A program made the position numbers and the translations under genes. Below the pieces are notes generated by a model. That model was not told the origin of the DNA, did no database searches, and saw nothing but the letters and a program-made list of their open reading frames with translations. DNA of 63,804 nt, the filler included, from Trichomonas gallinae (Eukaryota): the NCBI GenBank assembly GCA_008369845.1. It is 10 parts of 10 records of this genome, joined end to end, with 100 filler letters (N's around TTAATTAATTAA, not from the genome) between each part and the next. Parts side by side here need not be neighbours in the genome. Positions count along the whole stretch, not along the records: positions 52,467 to 59,477 come from MRSU01001463.1; positions 59,578 to 60,967 come from MRSU01001472.1; positions 61,068 to 62,503 come from MRSU01001485.1; positions 62,604 to 63,804 come from MRSU01001495.1; 6 more parts are not named here. One strand, given 5' to 3'. This document shows positions 57,026 to 63,804 of the stretch, in pieces; position 1 is the stretch's first letter, and each line of letters opens with the position of its first letter.

Positions 57026-58273
57026 CTATGCTTCTCCTCCACGTACAACGTTCGGAGGAAGCTTTATACCCGGAAGGAAGTCCATGGGAAGGACACTTGC
57101 AACCTTAACAACTCTATCATACAAGGCCATATCTGGTCCTTCCGTTGGGTAAACACGCTCAAAATTAGAATTCTGATACGCGATCTCCTTTTCTTGCTGA
57201 GCAACTTCAGATACTTTGTGTGACAGTGCATATGCTGTCCATTCTTCAGCACTCCAAGCCCATCCGCGGCTGTCCAATGCAGCCTGTGCCGCTTTTAATG
57301 GAGCTCCGATCCGCATCGCGTCGGCGAGCATGCCTACTTTCATCCTCCTCTCAGGGCCACGGTAGTAGTCGAGCGAAGGACGGTAGTTAATTTCAAGAAC
57401 GTGTGGGTTTACATTTTCATCCAATAAAATATCGAAGCCAAGAACTTGGAAGCATCTGCTATAGCACCATTTAGGGCACTGCCATGCTTCTCCAGCAAGA
57501 AGAAATCTATGCGCCGCTAATATCGATAATACAATTACCTTGTCGATCTTTTTCCAAAGGGCATCAATATCAATGCCTTTGGCTGCCAGCTGTGGAAAGA
57601 CATCAGAAATTAGTTGACTGACATCAGAGATATGATCCATCGTTGTATTCTGTTTGTTCAATGTAACATTCGTAATTTGCGAGAAAATTGTATTTTTGCC
57701 TTCAGATTTTTCAGTGCAGAACCTAGCAAGTCCATTCCTATATACGTATACGTCAAGAGGAGAAACAGAAGCGATCAAAACGTAGATTCTTAGATCGAAT
57801 TTTGTTTGATTGAGTAGAAGCGATGGAATATATCTCTGTGCAACAGCCAACTCACCATCAGGGGAATATTGACCATCTGGATTTACAATTGTTATACCAA
57901 GACCAAGAGAGCCACTGTCTGGCTTAATAATATATCGATGCTTTTTCTTTTTCAGTGCTCGAATGAAGTCTGAGTTTTTGAAAGGAAGTATATATGATTT
58001 CGGGAAGAAAGAATATTCTTTAGGAAAATGCGCGGCAATTTTTTGAATTATACGGGCAAAAGGTGCCTTTCTGCACAGTACATTAGCACTCGGCAGTCTA
58101 TTTACTACTTGCCACGGCCGAAGCGATTTAAAATAATCCATATCCTTTAAAGAGTCGTGCCACACTAAAATTGCCATCTTATCTGATTCTTCGAATGTAT
58201 AGCCAGCATCCCTCACGGCCTCTTTTATTGATTTGAACTTTAGATGGCCAAAGGAAGCTCGTACATATGACAT
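57026..58273 (-). CDS. Tubulin-tyrosine ligase-like (TTLL) protein
   Basis: YIIKPD.GS.G.GI, VAQRYI, KFDLRIYVL, GLARFCT, CFQVLGFDILLD...P.VLEINYRPS. Confidence 0.93.
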   Translation of the reverse strand: MSYVRASFGHLKFKSIKEAVRDAGYTFEESDKMAILVWHDSLKDMDYFKSLRPWQVVNRLPSANVLCRKAPFARIIQKIAAHFPKEYSFFPKSYILPFKNSDFIRALKKKKHRYIIKPDSGSLGLGITIVNPDGQYSPDGELAVAQRYIPSLLLNQTKFDLRIYVLIASVSPLDVYVYRNGLARFCTEKSEGKNTIFSQITNVTLNKQNTTMDHISDVSQLISDVFPQLAAKGIDIDALWKKIDKVIVLSILAAHRFLLAGEAWQCPKWCYSRCFQVLGFDILLDENVNPHVLEINYRPSLDYYRGPERRMKVGMLADAMRIGAPLKAAQAALDSRGWAWSAEEWTAYALSHKVSEVAQQEKEIAYQNSNFERVYPTEGPDMALYDRVVKVASVLPMDFLPGIKLPPNVVRGGEA

Positions 58274-59719
58274 TCGAAAAAATTTATCACTTTTTTGGAA
58301 AAAAATATCTGATAAATCCTTTAAATACAATTCCTATATAAACAAAAATTTTATCAAGAAAGTTTTGAATAATTCTCTGAAAATTTTCTGAACAATTATC
58401 AAAATTTTCAATGTAATTTGATAATTCGACGCAATATTATTCTTTTTAACATCTTTATCATAGCATGATGAGAGTTACATAAGGTTATATTCAATGTTGT
58501 AATCTCTTTTTGATTTAGAATATATAACACGATTAAATCCCATTTTTGTATTTAAAATGATTTTTGTAATTAAAAAGTGGAAAATCCTTCTTAATTTTGA
58601 AAAATTGTATGATAGTTTATATTTATAATCAATATTTAATATATTTTTGGTAGAGTTTTGGATTTTTATCGTTTGAAGATAAAATATCTGTTAAACAACA
58701 TATATGTAATAAGCAAAATTTAATTTTTGCTTTAAACAAAATTTTTTTTATCCATCAAATGATGTAAATTTTTATTAATGATTTTAACAACTTAAACATT
58801 GGCATGTTGGACATCCACGAAATAGTTCACTTTTGATAAAAATCTTTCAATCGATCAAGTACAAGATATGCCTACTCGTTCATTGTTCACTTATGCGAAT
58901 TCATTACATCCAATATTTATTCTGCGGAAATATTTCAAGGTTTCACATTAACAAATTGACGACTGATAAAAAATTAAATGACAATAATGATTTTTTAAGG
59001 TATTATGATGTAAGATAGCTGTTATTTGTTTAAACAAGCGCGTTCTTTCCCGGAAAAAAATGAGATTCAATAGTCGAAATCTAAAATATTATGGTTTTAT
59101 TATATAAAACACAGTTTTTTAAGCTTGAAATCTATATTAATGAAATGAAACAAGTTGGGTTTTGCATAATAACACTCGCGAAGTCAAAAAAAATATTTTG
59201 TCTTCAATGAATCAATGAGTCTCATTGAGATGTATACTGTCTTCAAACTGTCTTTTTTGCTAAAATAATTAAAGATAATTTGAATCCAAATTGATAACAT
59301 TTTTAAAATATCAAATTCAAATCCAATCTAATACAATTCATGTCTGTTCATGAGAGTATTATTTCGGAACTTTTATTCTAAATGATCAAAATCATATTTT
59401 TTTATAAAATTCAATTTATTACAAACAACAAACAAATTATATGAACAGTCTGTTCTTGAATAATATGACAGACAAAGNNNNNNNNNNNNNNNNNNNNNNN
59501 NNNNNNNNNNNNNNNNNNNNNTTAATTAATTAANNNNNNNNNNNNNNNNNNNNNNNNNNNNNNNNNNNNNNNNNNNNCTTGCTATGTTTTAAGACAATTG
59601 TATAAGATAATGTCAATTTTATTTAAATATTCTGTCAATCCTTCAAATAACGTTTTGTAAATGTTTCAAAAAAAATGCCAAATTTTTTAGATCATTTTAA
59701 TAAAAAAAAGACAAATAAA

Positions 59720-60967
59720 TTAGACAATATTTTCGACATCATCGCTATTGTCTCCTTGATTCCTCTTATTGAAAATGAGGACAACGACAACTACGACGAT
59801 GATTGCAATAAGGATAACTATCAAAATTACAACTGGAATGATCCAATTTGCAATTTCTCCATCATCGTCATCAGATGGTGTTATAATATTTTCTCCTGAT
59901 GAATATGTGATTGTTGTTGTGACAGGTGTTGAAACTCTAGCTCCTTCGTTATTGAATACATAAACCTTGAGGCTGGAAGATCCAGTTTCAGGTGGTGTTT
60001 CTGGAGTGGAGATATTCAGCTGAACAATTTGTGAAGTTGTTGTATCAGAGCGGATCTTCCTGATTGATGATGGGTATGATATTCTTTCGTCAGAAACAGG
60101 ATTAATTTTACCATCATCGAACGAATATCCGTATTTAGTCTTAGATTTCCAATCAGACTCTAAGTTAGACATTCTGAATGTAACAATGATATCTTCACCG
60201 CCTTTGAACATGTGATCAGTTCCGCCATTAATAGTTAAGTTATTAACTTTGATTGTTTGCCTGAATGTGAACTTATCTGTGGATGTGACTGTGGATGACT
60301 GCCTAGCAAGATCGGTAAATCTCATTTTGAGTAATTTCTGTCCGGCTGTATCTTCAGTCTCTGGGACAGTGATTGATAAAGTATACTGATCAGTCTTACC
60401 CGCAACAGCTACTGGTGTGTTTGTCGCTGTGATCATTGTAACTGTTTCTTCAGCTGAAGAAACAAATCCGTAAGAGATTGTTGCCTTTTCGATCATATAG
60501 AAGTAGCTGGTTGTAATTAAAACTGTAATTGACTCGCCGACAATGTAAGATGCAGGCTGAGAATCGGTGACAGATGTAACTGAGGGAACTGGAACAATTT
60601 GAACATCGATTGTTTTTTCAATTATTGGCGTAGTTGAACTAGCTGAATTGAACCAACCAAGAGTGACTGCAGATACTAAAGCTGTTTGTTTAGGATATAC
60701 AATAGTTATTGCACCTGAGGAAATAGTGATTGTTTGCGTAGAATAATCTCCATTTCCCAATTTGTACTTGAGAGTTTTATCATCATAAAAGGAATGAACG
60801 TCGCAAGTCAAGGAAATAGAACCAACCGAAGAAAAAAGTGAAGAAGAAGGAGCATCGCAGGATATTGGATAGAGATGTTGTTCAGAAACTTTGATAACAA
60901 AATCAGATGGGAAGATATCGGAAGAGGATGTGCTGGACTCGCTGTAACTTGTCAGAAGTTTGTAGCT
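59720..60967 (-). CDS. Type I membrane surface protein (Ser/Thr-rich Ig-like repeats), 5' end in gap
   Basis: The frame stays open 52 codons upstream of the track's 60811 start, up to the gap. Strong TM helix WIIPVVILIVILIAIIVVVVVVLIF and a short acidic tail. Confidence 0.85.
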   Translation of the reverse strand, partial: SYKLLTSYSESSTSSSDIFPSDFVIKVSEQHLYPISCDAPSSSLFSSVGSISLTCDVHSFYDDKTLKYKLGNGDYSTQTITISSGAITIVYPKQTALVSAVTLGWFNSASSTTPIIEKTIDVQIVPVPSVTSVTDSQPASYIVGESITVLITTSYFYMIEKATISYGFVSSAEETVTMITATNTPVAVAGKTDQYTLSITVPETEDTAGQKLLKMRFTDLARQSSTVTSTDKFTFRQTIKVNNLTINGGTDHMFKGGEDIIVTFRMSNLESDWKSKTKYGYSFDDGKINPVSDERISYPSSIRKIRSDTTTSQIVQLNISTPETPPETGSSSLKVYVFNNEGARVSTPVTTTITYSSGENIITPSDDDDGEIANWIIPVVILIVILIAIIVVVVVVLIFNKRNQGDNSDDVENIV

Positions 60968-61067
60968 NNNNNNNNNNNNNNNNNNNNNNNNNNNNNNNNN
61001 NNNNNNNNNNNTTAATTAATTAANNNNNNNNNNNNNNNNNNNNNNNNNNNNNNNNNNNNNNNNNNNN

Positions 61068-61132
61068 GCCTGCTTGCCCTTCTGGTGCTGATTCTGGTTC
61101 TGCTTGCCGTGTGCTTGTCTCTTGTTGGACAT
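61068..61132 (-). CDS. Microprotein family copy 1 (3' end in gap)
   Basis: ATG 61132 gives MSNKRQAHGKQNQNQHQKGKQ(A), preceded by Inr-like TCATTTTTAA. Confidence 0.8.
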
Positions 61133-61533
61133 TTAAAAATGATGTGAATACTCGACAGCTAATCGGATGTAAACAAAATCACTTCACGAAGATGTTGGCA
61201 GAAAATTCAGGGTCTCATCGTTAAAAAGATTTTTTTGTCACTTTCCAAATTTTTGTTAGAATTCTCAAATTTACAACACATAAAAATATCTCGCTCATTA
61301 TGTTGTAAACACAGCATGCAGTATTGCGGACAAAAAATCGATTTTCAATTCGAGTTTCACTACTTCGAACAGACTGGGAAAAAAATCGTTCGATTTTTGA
61401 ATGTGATAATAATATGAGGCTCACAATGTAGCGAAAATTTTGAAAGGATGTGAAATTGATAAGATAAATTGACGCTGCCCTTTGTGTGAATGAGATATGA
61501 CTGAGTAAGTGCTCAGTTCATTTCTTTTATAAG

Positions 61534-61671
61534 ATGTCCAACAAGAGACAAGCACACGGCAAGCAGAACCAGAATCAGCACCAGAAGGGTAAGCAGGCAG
61601 CTGCCGAACAAGCCGCTGCCCCAACAGCTGCTGCAGCTCCAGTCGAGAACAAGGAGCAGGCAAAGCACTAA
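61534..61671 (+). CDS. 45-aa microprotein (copy 2, complete): MSNKRQAHGKQNQNQHQKGKQAAAEQAAAPTAAAAPVENKEQAKH
   Basis: Inr-like TCATTT about 16 nt upstream, strongly biased codons (AAG, CAG, AAC, GAG, CAC), TAAA overlapping the stop, conserved paralogs. Confidence 0.85.
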   Translation: MSNKRQAHGKQNQNQHQKGKQAAAEQAAAPTAAAAPVENKEQAKH

Positions 61672-62011
61672 AACTACTAAAACCTGTTTTTACTCAATAA
61701 ACACTTGAATACTGTTTATAATTATTGATTTTTTTTTTTTTTTGAAATCTTTATTTTTTTGGAAATACAGCAACCTACATTACTATATGCATATAGCATT
61801 TAATGCATATCAAATGATTTATCATTCCACACTGTTGAATACAAGCTTGCAAATTATAACTTAACTTGCTAATGCTAGACATTGTATAATATAAATACTT
61901 ATGTCCAAAGAACATGAAAGCAAATAAATGCGTTCAGCACAAAACAAATATTGTTTCACGCAGAATAAATTGCAATACTATGATAAAATTATATATAAGT
62001 TAAACAGCAAT

Positions 62012-62174
62012 TAAATGTTTATTAAGTAAAAACAAGTTTTAGTAGTTTTAGTGCTTTGCCTGTTCCTTATTCTCGGCTGGAGCTGCCCCAGCCGCTGCTG
62101 CAGCTCCAGCCGAGAACAAGGAGCAGGCAAAGCACTAAAACTACAAAAACCTGTTTTCACTCAATTAACACTTA
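62012..62174. pseudogene. Fused inverted pair of microprotein 3' halves (copies 3 and 4) forming a long hairpin
   Basis: A minus-strand 3' half (stop 62048-62050) is joined to a plus-strand 3' half (stop 62136-62138) through a shared GCTGC. Neither has an ATG or promoter. Confidence 0.85.
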
Positions 62175-62430
62175 GCTAATGTTTAAAATTTAGTATTATT
62201 TTTCATCTGTTATTTCCTGCGAATGATCACTATTAATAATAGGCAATTGAAATATACTAAAAAGTTGTGCAAGTTATGATGCCGTCATACATTATATTTA
62301 ATACTGTATTAATCATTAAGCAATATTTGAACTGCTCTCAGATCATATTCAACAAAGATTACCATAAAAAGTGGAATAAGAAAGTGATCAAAGATCAGTG
62401 TTTATTGAGTAAAAACAGGTATTAGTAGTT

Positions 62431-62503
62431 TTAGTGCTTTGCCTGCTCCTTGTTCTCGGCTGGAGCTGCAGCAGCGGCTGGGGCAGCGGCTTGTTCAGCG
62501 GCA
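62431..62503 (-). CDS. Microprotein family copy 5 (5' end in gap)
   Basis: Reads ...AAEQAAAPAAAAAPAENKEQAKH*, with the conserved 3' UTR at about 62397-62430. Confidence 0.8.
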
Positions 62504-63804
62504 NNNNNNNNNNNNNNNNNNNNNNNNNNNNNNNNNNNNNNNNNNNNTTAATTAATTAANNNNNNNNNNNNNNNNNNNNNNNNNNNNNNNNNNNNNNNNN
62601 NNNTTTGGGGGCTCTATTATGCTTCTAAGGTAGCGTTTGCCTATTTTTCCCGCGTTTGCCATTTTTTCTTCTGACTATATTCATATAAAGATTATATTTC
62701 ATATATTAAATATTACTTCTGATTAAAAAAATAATTAATTCAAATTATCTCCAAAACAGACGTACGGCGAGGAAAGTCGCCGTTAAAGATCATATTCCAC
62801 TATGCCATATGTATCCAACAGGCATGGTTTCGAGTCGATCTGAAAAGGCGAAGGGAGTTTCCCCCCCCCCCTTCTCATTGACACATTTATTAATGTTTTT
62901 GTATTATTAAAATATGACATGTAAGCACTTTACACGACAAATATCTGGCGCATAGTCTGATTTTACATGACAGATTGTCAAATAATTTAGACATGGGGGA
63001 CCTTTTGTATTTTATTTTCACATGAACTTCGACAAAACTATATCTATGAACAAGAAAACTTCGACGCTTACGCCGCATATCATTATCAGTAGTATGAATA
63101 CCAGTAATTAACTATTGTATCACTATGTTGCATTGAAAATCATAAGCGTGAATGCGATAATTCATCGTATTTTCTATCACATCTGAAAGTTTTATAGCAC
63201 CAAAAGCTTTCAGAAGAGAAAGAAAATGCAAAACATCATTAAATTTTATCATTTACGAATCTTTCACTTCTACTTGAAGAGAAGTCGACTACAGCTTGAC
63301 GCTTCTTACAATATTGTCTGTTTCGCTACAAATTGAAACAAAACTCGCACATTGTAATTAGTTACTAATATACAGCCAGAATTGCTAGTTTTCATCACAA
63401 AGGTGTCATCTAATATGCATAATAATGCCTTTAGAGTGAAAATTGTGCATTATAATTGATCAAAATTACACGATCAACAATTCCTACTTGAATCATCGAA
63501 AATATCCAATCTCTGGACAACATAATCATTTTGTATGGCAAAAAGGTACTATGTTCCAGAAATTTGATGTTTTTGATCTTGGTTCATCTCATCGAGATAT
63601 TGAATGCTGTAAAGAAGTACTTACTACCTCAAAAATATACCTTTTTTCACTATACACAATCCATTTATATATAAATTAGTTTTTCCATTTTTGCAGACTT
63701 GCGTTCGAATCTAAAAAATTCATTAATAAACTGCGTTTCAAAAGTCAGGTTTGGCCAAAAATTTGATAACTCTCATAGAATAATTCAATGAGTAGTATTG
63801 AAAA

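Noticed and set aside
61421..61663. 80-aa minus-strand ORF in the track
   Set aside because: Antisense shadow of the 45-aa plus-strand microprotein. It has a non-ATG start and is not conserved across copies.

Overview
AT-rich, apparently intron-less eukaryotic DNA that is most consistent with a parabasalid (Trichomonas-like) genome. The evidence is an IBP39-type initiator-binding protein, a transmembrane adenylyl cyclase, BspA, GP63 and Bap-like surface proteins, R2R3 Myb genes and TCAYT-like Inr elements just upstream of ATGs. The window is ten contigs joined by 100-nt N gaps carrying an artificial TTAATTAATTAA linker, so adjacency across gaps is unproven. It holds about 25 protein genes, two identical tRNA-Lys(CUU) copies and several pseudogenes. 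The most unusual items are: (1) an array of a 45-aa microprotein gene in alternating orientation (61.0-62.5 kb), missed by the ORF track, in which one divergent pair is fused into a ~160-nt hairpin; (2) a decayed tyrosine-recombinase element with a hairpin cluster, an adjacent inverted-repeat element and a second copy of its end at 51.7 kb; (3) a SelO-like atypical kinase/AMPylase candidate; (4) a bacterial-type DUF6508-like gene; (5) an 11-kb contig bounded by identical tRNA-Lys direct repeats. All family assignments come from motif recognition by eye, not database searches.
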